From Lepidodermella squamata (taxonomy: Eukaryota; Animalia; Gastrotricha), in assembly GCA_047495785.1 (NCBI GenBank), contig JBLDXI010000031.1, positions 1,984,001 to 2,048,000 of the forward strand: a stretch of 64,000 bases of DNA, in the 5' to 3' direction. The notes beneath the pieces were generated by a model. That model was not told the origin of the DNA, did not search any database, and saw nothing but the letters and a program-made list of their open reading frames with translations. Made by a program: the position numbers and the translations under genes. How positions within the stretch are numbered: the stretch's first letter is position 1; each line of letters opens with the position of its first letter. Below, one piece after another: positions 48,681 through 61,800 of this stretch.

Positions 48681-51600
48681 TTGCCCGTGTCGCCGCGGTT
48701 CGGCATCGTGCCCAACCAGTGCAAATCACTCATGTTCGTGTGTCATTCGTTTGTGGCAGCAACGCCATGCACGTTTGCAGGCGATTCGGGCACATCTCAG
48801 GTGACGCCTATTTCGCTGCAAGCCGCAGAAGGCTGGAATCGTAGTGTTCAGCCCTTGTACGTACCGCAGCTATGCGGAAACGGACTGAAACCAGGTAAAC
48901 CATGCACATTCGCGCTTCATTCGATAGCGGCAGCAAGCGCAAACACGTTTGCAGCCGATACGCGCATATTCCGGATGACCGATATTTCGCTGCCAGCCAT
49001 AACAGGCTGAAACCGCTGTTTTCGCCACTTGCCCGTGTCGCCGCGGTTCGGCATCGTGCCGAACCAGTGCAAATCACTCATGTTTGTGTGTCATTCGTTT
49101 GTGGCAGCAACGCCATGCACGTTTACACATCTCGTGAGAGTCCCTCAGGTGACGCCTATTTCGCTGCAAGCCGCAGAAGGCTGGAATCGTTGTGTTCAGC
49201 TCTTGTACGTACCGCAGCTATGCGGAAACGGGCTGAAACCAGGTAAACCATGCACATTCGCGCTTCTTTCGATAGCGGCAGCAAGCGCAAACACGTTTGC
49301 AGCCGATACGCGCATATTTCGGGTGACCGATATTTCGCTGCCAGCCATAACAGGCTGAAACCGCTGTTTTCGCCACTTGCCCGTGTCGCCGCGGTTCGGC
49401 ATCGTGCCCAACCAGTGCAAATCACTCATGTTCGTGTGTCATTCGTTTGTGGCAGCAACGCCATGCACGTTTGCAGGCGATTCGGGCACATCTCAGGTGA
49501 CGCCAATTTCGCTGCAAGCCGCAGAAGGCTGGAATCGTTGTGCTCAGCTCTTGTACGTACCGCAGCTATGCGGAAACGGGCTGAAACCAGGTTAACCATG
49601 CACATTCGCGCTTCATTCGATAGCGGCAGCAAGCGCAAACACGTTTGCAGCCGATACGCGCATATTTCGGATGACCGATATTTCGCTGCCAGCCATAACA
49701 GGCTGAAACCGCTGTTTTCGCCACTTGCCCGTGTCGCCGCGGTTCGGCATCGTGCCCAACCAGTGCAAATCACTCATGTTCGTGTGTCATTCGTTTGTGG
49801 CAGCAACGCCATGCACGTTTGCAGGCGATTCGGGCACATCTCAGGTGACGCCTATTTCGCTGCAAGCCGCAGAAGGCTGGAATCGTAGTGTTCAGCCCTT
49901 GTACGTACCGCAGCTATGCGGAAACGGACTGAAACCAGGTAAACCATGCACATTCGCGCTTCTTTCGATAGCGGCAGCAAGCGCAAACACGTTTGCAGCC
50001 GATACGCGCATATTTCGGGTGACCGATATTTCGCTGCCAGCCATAACAGGCTGAAACCGCTGTTTTCGCCACTTGCCCGTGTCGCCGCGGTTCGGCATCG
50101 TGCCCAACCAGTGCAAATCACTCATGTTCGTGTGTCATTCGTTTGTGGCAGCAACGCCATGCACGTTTGCAGGCGATTCGGGCACATCTCAGGTGACGCC
50201 TATTTCGCTGCAAGCCGCAGAAGGCTGGAATCGTTGTGTTCAGCTCTTGTACGTACCGCAGCTATGCGGAAACGGGCTGAAACCAGGTAAACCATGCACA
50301 TTCGCGCTTCTTTCGATAGCGGCAGCAAGCGCAAACACGTTTGCAGCCGATACGCGCATATTTCGGATGACCGATATTTCGCTGCCAGCCATAACAGGCT
50401 GAAACCGCTGTTTTCGCCACTTGCCCGTGTCGCCGCGGTTCGGCATCGTGCCCAACCAGTGCAAATCACTCATGTTCGTGTGTCATTCGTTTGTGGCAGC
50501 AACGCCATGCACGTTTGCAGGCGATTCGGGCACATCTCAGGTGACGCCTATTTCGCTGCAAGCCGCAGAAGGCTGGAATCGTAGTGTTCAGCCCTTGTAC
50601 GTACCGCAGCTATGCGGAAACGGACTGAAACCAGGTAAACCATGCACATTCGCGCTTCATTCGATAGCGGCAGCAAGCGCAAACACGTTTGCAGCCGATA
50701 CGCGCATATTCCGGATGACCGATATTTCGCTGCCAGCCATAACAGGCTGAAACCGCTGTTTTCGCCACTTGCCCGTGTCGCCGCGGTTCGGCATCGTGCC
50801 GAACCAGTGCAAATCACTCATGTTTGTGTGTCATTCGTTTGTGGCAGCAACGCCATGCACGTTTGCAGGCGATTCGGGCACATCTCAGGTGACGCCTATT
50901 TCGCTGCAAGCCGCAGAAGGCTGGAATCGTTGTGTTCAGCTCTTGTACGTACCGCAGCTATGCGGAAACGGGCTGAAACCAGGTAAACCATGCACATTCG
51001 CGCTTCTTTCGATAGCGGCAGCAAGCGCAAACACGTTTGCAGCCGATACGCGCATATTTCGGGTGACCGATATTTCGCTGCCAGCCATAACAGGCTGAAA
51101 CCGCTGTTTTCGCCACTTGCCCGTGTCGCCGCGGTTCGGCATCGTGCCCAACCAGTGCAAATCACTCATGTTCGTGTGTCATTCGTTTGTGGCAGCAACG
51201 CCATGCACGTTTGCAGGCGATTCGGGCACATCTCAGGTGACGCCAATTTCGCTGCAAGCCGCAGAAGGCTGGAATCGTTGTGCTCAGCTCTTGTACGTAC
51301 CGCAGCTATGCGGAAACGGGCTGAAACCAGGTTAACCATGCACATTCGCGCTTCATTCGATAGCGGCAGCAAGCGCAAACACGTTTGCAGCCGATACGCG
51401 CATATTTCGGATGACCGATATTTCGCTGCCAGCCATAACAGGCTGAAACCGCTGTTTTCGCCACTTGCCCGTGTCGCCGCGGTTCGGCATCGTGCCCAAC
51501 CAGTGCAAATCACTCATGTTCGTGTGTCATTCGTTTGTGGCAGCAACGCCATGCACGTTTGCAGGCGATTCGGGCACATCTCAGGTGACGCCTATTTCGC

Positions 51601-52856
51601 TGCAAGCCGCAGAAGGCTGGAATCGTAGTGTTCAGCCCTTGTACGTACCGCAGCTATGCGGAAACGGACTGAAACCAGGTAAACCATGCACATTCGCGCT
51701 TCTTTCGATAGCGGCAGCAAGCGCAAACACGTTTGCAGCCGATACGCGCATATTTCGGGTGACCGATATTTCGCTGCCAGCCATAACAGGCTGAAACCGC
51801 TGTTTTCGCCACTTGCCCGTGTCGCCGCGGTTCGGCATCGTGCCCAACCAGTGCAAATCACTCATGTTCGTGTGTCATTCGTTTGTGGCAGCAACGCCAT
51901 GCACGTTTGCAGGCGATTCGGGCACATCTCAGGTGACGCCTATTTCGCTGCAAGCCGCAGAAGGCTGGAATCGTTGTGTTCAGCTCTTGTACGTACCGCA
52001 GCTATGCGGAAACGGGCTGAAACCAGGTAAACCATGCACATTCGCGCTTCTTTCGATAGCGGCAGCAAGCGCAAACACGTTTGCAGCCGATACGCGCATA
52101 TTTCGGATGACCGATATTTCGCTGCCAGCCATAACAGGCTGAAACCGCTGTTTTCGCCACTTGCCCGTGTCGCCGCGGTTCGGCATCGTGCCCAACCAGT
52201 GCAAATCACTCATGTTCGTGTGTCATTCGTTTGTGGCAGCAACGCCATGCACGTTTGCAGGCGATTCGGGCACATCTCAGGTGACGCCTATTTCGCTGCA
52301 AGCCGCAGAAGGCTGGAATCGTAGTGTTCAGCCCTTGTACGTACCGCAGCTATGCGGAAACGGACTGAAACCAGGTAAACCATGCACATTCGCGCTTCAT
52401 TCGATAGCGGCAGCAAGCGCAAACACGTTTGCAGCCGATACGCGCATATTCCGGATGACCGATATTTCGCTGCCAGCCATAACAGGCTGAAACCGCTGTT
52501 TTCGCCACTTGCCCGTGTCGCCGCGGTTCGGCATCGTGCCGAACCAGTGCAAATCACTCATGTTTGTGTGTCATTCGTTTGTGGCAGCAACGCCATGCAC
52601 GTTTGCAGGCGATTCGGGCACATCTCAGGTGACGCCTATTTCGCTGCAAGCCGCAGAAGGCTGGAATCGTTGTGTTCAGCTCTTGTACGTACCGCAGCTA
52701 TGCGGAAACGGGCTGAAACCAGGTAAACCATGCACATTCGCGCTTCTTTCGATAGCGGCAGCAAGCGCAAACACGTTTGCAGCCGATACGCGCATATTTC
52801 GGGTGACCGATATTTCGCTGCCAGCCATAACAGGCTGAAACCGCTGTTTTCGCCAC
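48681..52856. repeat. 5-mer higher-order repeat (1740 bp x ~2.4)
   Basis: CGTAGTG marker at 48843, 50583, 52323 and at 49887, 51627. CCGAACC+ATGTTTG units at 49029, 50769, 52509. GCCAATT+GGTTAAC units at 49377, 51117. Confidence 0.85.
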
Positions 52857-55800
52857 TTGCCCGTGTCGCCGCGGTTCGGCATCGTGCCCAACCAGTGCAA
52901 ATCACTCATGTTCGTGTGTCATTCGTTTGTGGCAGCAACGCCATGCACGTTTGCAGGCGATTCGGGCACATCTCAGGTGACGCCTATTTCGCTGCAAGCC
53001 GCAGAAGGCTGGAATCGTTGTGCTCAGCTCTTGTACGTACCGCAGCTATGCGGAAACGGGCTGAAACCAGGTTAACCATGCACATTCGCGCTTCATTCGA
53101 TAGCGGCAGCAAGCGCAAACACGTTTGCAGCCGATACGCGCATATTTCGGATGACCGATATTTCGCTGCCAGCCATAACAGGCTGAAACCGCTGGTTTCG
53201 CCACTTGCCCGTGTCGCCGCGGTTCGGCATCGTGCCCAACCAGTGCAAATCACTCATGTTCGTGTGTCATTCGTTTGTGGCAGCAACGCCATGCACGTTT
53301 GCAGGCGATTCGGGCACATCTCAGGTGACGCCTATTTCGCTGCAAGCCGCAGAAGGCTGGAATCGTTGTGTTCAGCTCTTGTACGTACCGCAGCTATGCG
53401 GAAACGGGCTGAAACCAGGTAAACCATGCACATTCGCGCTTCTTTCGATAGCGGCAGCAAGCGCAAACACGTTTGCAGCCGATACGCGCATATTTCGGGT
53501 GACCGATATTTCGCTGCCAGCCATAACAGGCTGAAACCGCTGTTTTCGCCACTTGCCCGTGTCGCCGCGGTTCGGCATCGTGCCCAACCAGTGCTAATCA
53601 CTCATGTTCGTGTGTCATTCGTTTGTGGCAGCAACGCCATGCACGTTTGCAGGCGATTCGGGCACATCTCAGGTGACGCCTATTTCGCTGCAAGCCGCAG
53701 AAGGCTGGAATCGTTGTGTTCAGCTCTTGTACGTACCGCAGCTATGCGGAAACGGGCTGAAACCAGGTAAACCATGCACATTCGCGCTTCTTTCGATAGC
53801 GGCAGCAAGCGCAAACACGTTTGCAGCCGATACGCGCATATTTCGGGTGACCGATATTTCGCTGCCAGCCATAACAGGCTGAAACCGCTGTTTTCGCCAC
53901 TTGCCCGTGTCGCCGCGGTTCGGCATCGTGCCCAACCAGTGCTAATCACTCATGTTCGTGTGTCATTCGTTTGTGGCAGCAACGCCATGCACGTTTGCAG
54001 GCGATTCGGGCACATCTCAGGTGACGCCTATTTCGCTGCAAGCCGCAGAAGGCTGGAATCGTTGTGTTCAGCTCTTGTACGTACCGCAGCTATGCGGAAA
54101 CGGGCTGAAACCAGGTAAACCATGCACATTCGCGCTTCTTTCGATAGCGGCAGCAAGCGCAAACACGTTTGCAGCCGATACGCGCATATTTCGGGTGACC
54201 GATATTTCGCTGCCAGCCATAACAGGCTGAAACCGCTGTTTTCGCCACTTGCCCGTGTCGCCGCGGTTCGGCATCGTGCCCAACCAGTGCAAATCACTCA
54301 TGTTCGTGTGTCATTCGTTTGTGGCAGCAACGCCATGCACGTTTGCAGGCGATTCGGGCACATCTCAGGTGACGCCTATTTCGCTGCAAGCCGCAGAAGG
54401 CTGGAATCGTTGTGTTCAGCTCTTGTACGTACCGCAGCTATGCGGAAACGGGCTGAAACCAGGTAAACCATGCACATTCGCGCTTCTTTCGATAGCGGCA
54501 GCAAGCGCAAACACGTTTGCAGCCGATACGCGCATATTTCGGGTGACCGATATTTCGCTGCCAGCCATAACAGGCTGAAACCGCTGTTTTCGCCACTTGC
54601 CCGTGTCGCCGCGGTTCGGCATCGTGCCCAACCAGTGCTAATCACTCATGTTCGTGTGTCATTCGTTTGTGGCAGCAACGCCATGCACGTTTGCAGGCGA
54701 TTCGGGCACATCTCAGGTGACGCCTATTTCGCTGCAAGCCGCAGAAGGCTGGAATCGTTGTGTTCAGCCCTTGTACGTACCGCAGCTATGCGGAAACGGA
54801 CTGAAACCAGGTAAACCATGCACATTCGCGCTTCATTCGATAGCGGCAGCAAGCGCAAACACGTTTGCAGCCGATACGCGCATATTCCGGATGACCGATA
54901 TTTCGCTGCCAGCCATAACAGGCTGAAACCGCTGTTTTCGCCACTTGCCTGTGTCGCCGCGGTTCGGCATCGTGCCCAACCAGTGCAAATCACTCATGTT
55001 CGTGTGTCATTCGTTTGTGGCAGCAACGCCATGCACGTTTGCAGGCGATTCGGGCACATCTCAGGTGACGCCTATTTCGCTGCAAGCCGCAGAAGGCTGG
55101 AATCGTTGTGTTCAGCTCTTGTACGTACCGCAGCTATGCGGAAACGGGCTGAAACCAGGTAAACCATGCACATTCGCGCTTCTTTCGATAGCGGCAGCAA
55201 GCGCAAACACGTTTGCAGCCGATACGCGCATATTTCGGGTGACCGATATTTCGCTGCCAGCCATAACAGGCTGAAACCGCTGTTTTCGCCACTTGCCCGT
55301 GTCGCCGCGGTTCGGCATCGTGCCCAACCAGTGCTAATCACTCATGTTCGTGTGTCATTCGTTTGTGGCAGCAACGCCATGCACGTTTGCAGGCGATTCG
55401 GGCACATCTCAGGTGACGCCTATTTCGCTGCAAGCCGCAGAAGGCTGGAATCGTTGTGTTCAGCTCTTGTACGTACCGCAGCTATGCGGAAACGGGCTGA
55501 AACCAGGTAAACCATGCACATTCGCGCTTCATTCGATAGCGGCAGCAAGCGCAAACACGTTTGCAGCCGATACGCGCATATTCCGGATGACCGATATTTC
55601 GCTGCCAGCCATAACAGGCTGAAACCGCTGTTTTCGCCACTTGCCCGTGTCGCCGCGGTTCGGCATCGTGCCCAACCAGTGCTAATCACTCATGTTCGTG
55701 TGTCATTCGTTTGTGGCAGCAACGCCATGCACGTTTGCAGGCGATTCGGGCACATCTCAGGTGACGCCTATTTCGCTGCAAGCCGCAGAAGGCTGGAATC

Positions 55801-58800
55801 GTTGTGTTCAGCTCTTGTACGTACCGCAGCTATGCGGAAACGGGCTGAAACCAGGTTAACCATGCACATTCGCGCTTCATTCGATAGCGGCAGCAAGCGC
55901 AAACACGTTTGCAGCCGATACGCGCATATTTCGGATGACCGATATTTCGCTGCCAGCCATAACAGGCTGAAACCGCTGTTTTCGCCACTTGCCCGTGTCG
56001 CCGCGGTTCGGCATCGTGCCCAACCAGTGCTAATCACTCATGTTCGTGTGTCATTCGTTTGTGGCAGCAACGCCATGCACGTTTGCAGGCGATTCGGGCA
56101 CATCTCAGGTGACGCCTATTTCGCTGCAAGCCGCAGAAGGCTGGAATCGTTGTGTTCAGCCCTTGTACGTACCGCAGCTATGCGGAAACGGACTGAAACC
56201 AGGTAAACCATGCACATTCGCGCTTCATTCGATAGCGGCAGCAAGCGCAAACACGTTTGCAGCCGATACGCGCATATTCCGGATGACCGATATTTCGCTG
56301 CCAGCCATAACAGGCTGAAACCGCTGTTTTCGCCACTTGCCCGTGTCGCCGCGGTTCGGCATCGTGCCCAACCAGTGCAAATCACTCATGTTCGTGTGTC
56401 ATTCGTTTGTGGCAGCAACGCCATGCACGTTTGCAGGCGATTCGGGCACATCTCAGGTGACGCCTATTTCGCTGCAAGCCGCAGAAGGCTGGAATCGTTG
56501 TGTTCAGCTCTTGTACGTACCGCAGCTATGCGGAAACGGGCTGAAACCAGGTAAACCATGCACATTCGCGCTTCTTTCGATAGCGGCAGCAAGCGCAAAC
56601 ACGTTTGCAGCCGATACGCGCATATTTCGGGTGAACGATATTTCGCTGCCAGCCATAACAGGCTGAAACCGCTGTTTTCGCCACTTGCCCGTGTCGCCGC
56701 GGTTCGGCATCGTGCCCAACCAGTGCAAATCACTCATGTTCGTGTGTCATTCGTTTGTGGCAGCAACGCCATGCACGTTTGCAGGCGATTCGGGCACATC
56801 TCAGGTGACGCCAATTTCGCTGCAAGCCGCAGAAGGCTGGAATCGTTGTGCTCAGCTCTTGTACGTACCGCAGCTATGCGGAAACGGGCTGAAACCAGGT
56901 AAACCATGCACATTCGCGCTTCTTTCGATAGCGGCAGCAAGCGCAAACACGTTTGCAGCCGATACGCGCATATTTCGGGTGACCGATATTTCGCTGCCAG
57001 CCATAACAGGCTGAAACCGCTGTTTTCGCCACTTGCCCGTGTCGCCGCGGTTCGGCATCGTGCCCAACCAGTGCAAATCACTCATGTTCGTGTGTCATTC
57101 GTTTGTGGCAGCAACGCCATGCACGTTTGCAGGCGATTCGGGCACATCTCAGGTGACGCCAATTTCGCTGCAAGCCGCAGAAGGCTGGAATCGTTGTGCT
57201 CAGCTCTTGTACGTACCGCAGCTATGCGGAAACGGGCTGAAACCAGGTTAACCATGCACATTCGCGCTTCATTCGATAGCGGCAGCAAGCGCAAACACGT
57301 TTGCAGCCGATACGCGCATATTTCGGATGACCGATATTTCGCTGCCAGCCATAACAGGCTGAAACCGCTGTTTTCGCCACTTGCCCGTGTCGCCGCGGTT
57401 CGGCATCGTGCCGAACCAGTGCAAATCACTCATGTTCGTGTGTCATTCGTTTGTGGCAGCAACGCCATGCACGTTTGCAGGCGATTCGGGCACATCTCAG
57501 GTGACGCCTATTTCGCTGCAAGCCGCAGAAGGCTGGAATCGTTGTGTTCAGCTCTTGTACGTACCGCAGCTATGCGGAAACGGGCTGAAACCAGGTAAAC
57601 CATGCACATTCGCGCTTCTTTCGATAGCGGCAGCAAGCGCAAACACGTTTGCAGCCGATACGCGCATATTTCGGGTGACCGATATTTCGCTGCCAGCCAT
57701 AACAGGCTGAAACCGCTGTTTTCGCCACTTGCCCGTGTCGCCGCGGTTCGGCATCGTGCCCAACCAGTGCTAATCACTCATGTTCGTGTGTCATTCGTTT
57801 GTGGCAGCAACGCCATGCACGTTTGCAGGCGATTCGGGCACATCTCAGGTGACGCCTATTTCGCTGCAAGCCGCAGAAGGCTGGAATCGTTGTGTTCAGC
57901 TCTTGTACGTACCGCAGCTATGCGGAAACGGGCTGAAACCAGGTAAACCATGCACATTCGCGCTTCTTTCGATAGCGGCAGCAAGCGCAAACACGTTTGC
58001 AGCCGATACGCGCATATTTCGGGTGACCGATATTTCGCTGCCAGCCATAACAGGCTGAAACCGCTGTTTTCGCCACTTGCCCGTGTCGCCGCGGTTCGGC
58101 ATCGTGCCCAACCAGTGCTAATCACTCATGTTCGTGTGTCATTCGTTTGTGGCAGCAACGCCATGCACGTTTGCAGGCGATTCGGGCACATCTCAGGTGA
58201 CGCCTATTTCGCTGCAAGCCGCAGAAGGCTGGAATCGTTGTGTTCAGCCCTTGTACGTACCGCAGCTATGCGGAAACGGACTGAAACCAGGTAAACCATG
58301 CACATTCGCGCTTCATTCGATAGCGGCAGCAAGCGCAAACACGTTTGCAGCCGATACGCGCATATTCCGGATGACCGATATTTCGCTGCCAGCCATAACA
58401 GGCTGAAACCGCTGTTTTCGCCACTTGCCCGTGTCGCCGCGGTTCGGCATCGTGCCCAACCAGTGCAAATCACTCATGTTCGTGTGTCATTCGTTTGTGG
58501 CAGCAACGCCATGCACGTTTGCAGGCGATTCGGGCACATCTCAGGTGACGCCTATTTCGCTGCAAGCCGCAGAAGGCTGGAATCGTTGTGTTCAGCTCTT
58601 GTACGTACCGCAGCTATGCGGAAACGGGCTGAAACCAGGTAAACCATGCACATTCGCGCTTCATTCGATAGCGGCAGCAAGCGCAAACACGTTTGCAGCC
58701 GATACGCGCATATTCCGGATGACCGATATTTCGCTGCCAGCCATAACAGGCTGAAACCGCTGTTTTCGCCACTTGCCCGTGTCGCCGCGGTTCGGCATCG

Positions 58801-61800
58801 TGCCCAACCAGTGCAAATCACTCATGTTCGTGTGTCATTCGTTTGTGGCAGCAACGCCATGCACGTTTGCAGGCGATTCGGGCACATCTCAGGTGACGCC
58901 TATTTCGCTGCAAGCCGCAGAAGGCTGGAATCGTTGTGTTCAGCTCTTGTACGTACCGCAGCTATGCGGAAACGGGCTGAAACCAGGTAAACCATGCACA
59001 TTCGCGCTTCTTTCGATAGCGGCAGCAAGCGCAAACACGTTTGCAGCCGATACGCGCATATTTCGGGTGACCGATATTTCGCTGCCAGCCATAACAGGCT
59101 GAAACCGCTGTTTTCGCCACTTGCCCGTGTCGCCGCGGTTCGGCATCGTGCCCAACCAGTGCAAATCACTCATGTTCGTGTGTCATTCGTTTGTGGCAGC
59201 AACGCCATGCACGTTTGCAGGCGATTCGGGCACATCTCAGGTGACGCCAATTTCGCTGCAAGCCGCAGAAGGCTGGAATCGTTGTGCTCAGCTCTTGTAC
59301 GTACCGCAGCTATGCGGAAACGGGCTGAAACCAGGTTAACCATGCACATTCGCGCTTCATTCGATAGCGGCAGCAAGCGCAAACACGTTTGCAGCCGATA
59401 CGCGCATATTTCGGATGACCGATATTTCGCTGCCAGCCATAACAGGCTGAAACCGCTGTTTTCGCCACTTGCCCGTGTCGCCGCGGTTCGGCATCGTGCC
59501 CAACCAGTGCTAATCACTCATGTTCGTGTGTCATTCGTTTGTGGCAGCAACGCCATGCACGTTTGCAGGCGATTCGGGCACATCTCAGGTGACGCCTATT
59601 TCGCTGCAAGCCGCAGAAGGCTGGAATCGTTGTGTTCAGCTCTTGTACGTACCGCAGCTATGCGGAAACGGGCTGAAACCAGGTTAACCATGCACATTCG
59701 CGCTTCATTCGATAGCGGCAGCAAGCGCAAACACGTTTGCAGCCGATACGCGCATATTTCGGATGACCGATATTTCGCTGCCAGCCATAACAGGCTGAAA
59801 CCGCTGTTTTCGCCACTTGCCCGTGTCGCCGCGGTTCGGCATCGTGCCCAACCAGTGCAAATCACTCATGTTCGTGTGTCATTCGTTTGTGGCAGCAACG
59901 CCATGCACGTTTGCAGGCGATTCGGGCACATCTCAGGTGACGCCTATTTCGCTGCAAGCCGCAGAAGGCTGGAATCGTTGTGTTCAGCCCTTGTACGTAC
60001 CGCAGCTATGCGGAAACGGACTGAAACCAGGTAAACCATGCACATTCGCGCTTCATTCGATAGCGGCAGCAAGCGCAAACACGTTTGCAGCCGATACGCG
60101 CATATTCCGGATGACCGATATTTCGCTGCCAGCCATAACAGGCTGAAACCGCTGTTTTCGCCACTTGCCCGTGTCGCCGCGGTTCGGCATCGTGCCCAAC
60201 CAGTGCAAATCACTCATGTTCGTGTGTCATTCGTTTGTGGCAGCAACGCCATGCACGTTTGCAGGCGATTCGGGCACATCTCAGGTGACGCCTATTTCGC
60301 TGCAAGCCGCAGAAGGCTGGAATCGTTGTGTTCAGCTCTTGTACGTACCGCAGCTATGCGGAAACGGGCTGAAACCAGGTAAACCATGCACATTCGCGCT
60401 TCTTTCGATAGCGGCAGCAAGCGCAAACACGTTTGCAGCCGATACGCGCATATTTCGGGTGACCGATATTTCGCTGCCAGCCATAACAGGCTGAAACCGC
60501 TGTTTTCGCCACTTGCCCGTGTCGCCGCGGTTCGGCATCGTGCCCAACCAGTGCTAATCACTCATGTTCGTGTGTCATTCGTTTGTGGCAGCAACGCCAT
60601 GCACGTTTGCAGGCGATTCGGGCACATCTCAGGTGACGCCTATTTCGCTGCAAGCCGCAGAAGGCTGGAATCGTTGTGTTCAGCCCTTGTACGTACCGCA
60701 GCTATGCGGAAACGGACTGAAACCAGGTAAACCATGCACATTCGCGCTTCATTCGATAGCGGCAGCAAGCGCAAACACGTTTGCAGCCGATACGCGCATA
60801 TTCCGGATGACCGATATTTCGCTGCCAGCCATAACAGGCTGAAACCGCTGTTTTCGCCACTTGCCCGTGTCGCCGCGGTTCGGCATCGTGCCCAACCAGT
60901 GCTAATCACTCATGTTCGTGTGTCATTCGTTTGTGGCAGCAACGCCATGCACGTTTGCAGGCGATTCGGGCACATCTCAGGTGACGCCTATTTCGCTGCA
61001 AGCCGCAGAAGGCTGGAATCGTTGTGTTCAGCTCTTGTACGTACCGCAGCTATGCGGAAACGGGCTGAAACCAGGTTAACCATGCACATTCGCGCTTCAT
61101 TCGATAGCGGCAGCAAGCGCAAACACGTTTGCAGCCGATACGCGCATATTTCGGATGACCGATATTTCGCTGCCAGCCATAACAGGCTGAAACCGCTGTT
61201 TTCGCCACTTGCCCGTGTCGCCGCGGTTCGGCATCGTGCCCAACCAGTGCTAATCACTCATGTTCGTGTGTCATTCGTTTGTGGCAGCAACGCCATGCAC
61301 GTTTGCAGGCGATTCGGGCACATCTCAGGTGACGCCAATTTCGCTGCAAGCCGCAGAAGGCTGGAATCGTTGTGCTCAGCTCTTGTACGTACCGCAGCTA
61401 TGCGGAAACGGGCTGAAACCAGGTTAACCATGCACATTCGCGCTTCATTCGATAGCGGCAGCAAGCGCAAACACGTTTGCAGCCGATACGCGCATATTTC
61501 GGATGACCGATATTTCGCTGCCAGCCATAACAGGCTGAAACCGCTGTTTTCGCCACTTGCCCGTGTCGCCGCGGTTCGGCATCGTGCCCAACCAGTGCTA
61601 ATCACTCATGTTCGTGTGTCATTCGTTTGTGGCAGCAACGCCATGCACGTTTGCAGGCGATTCGGGCACATCTCAGGTGACGCCTATTTCGCTGCAAGCC
61701 GCAGAAGGCTGGAATCGTTGTGTTCAGCTCTTGTACGTACCGCAGCTATGCGGAAACGGGCTGAAACCAGGTTAACCATGCACATTCGCGCTTCATTCGA

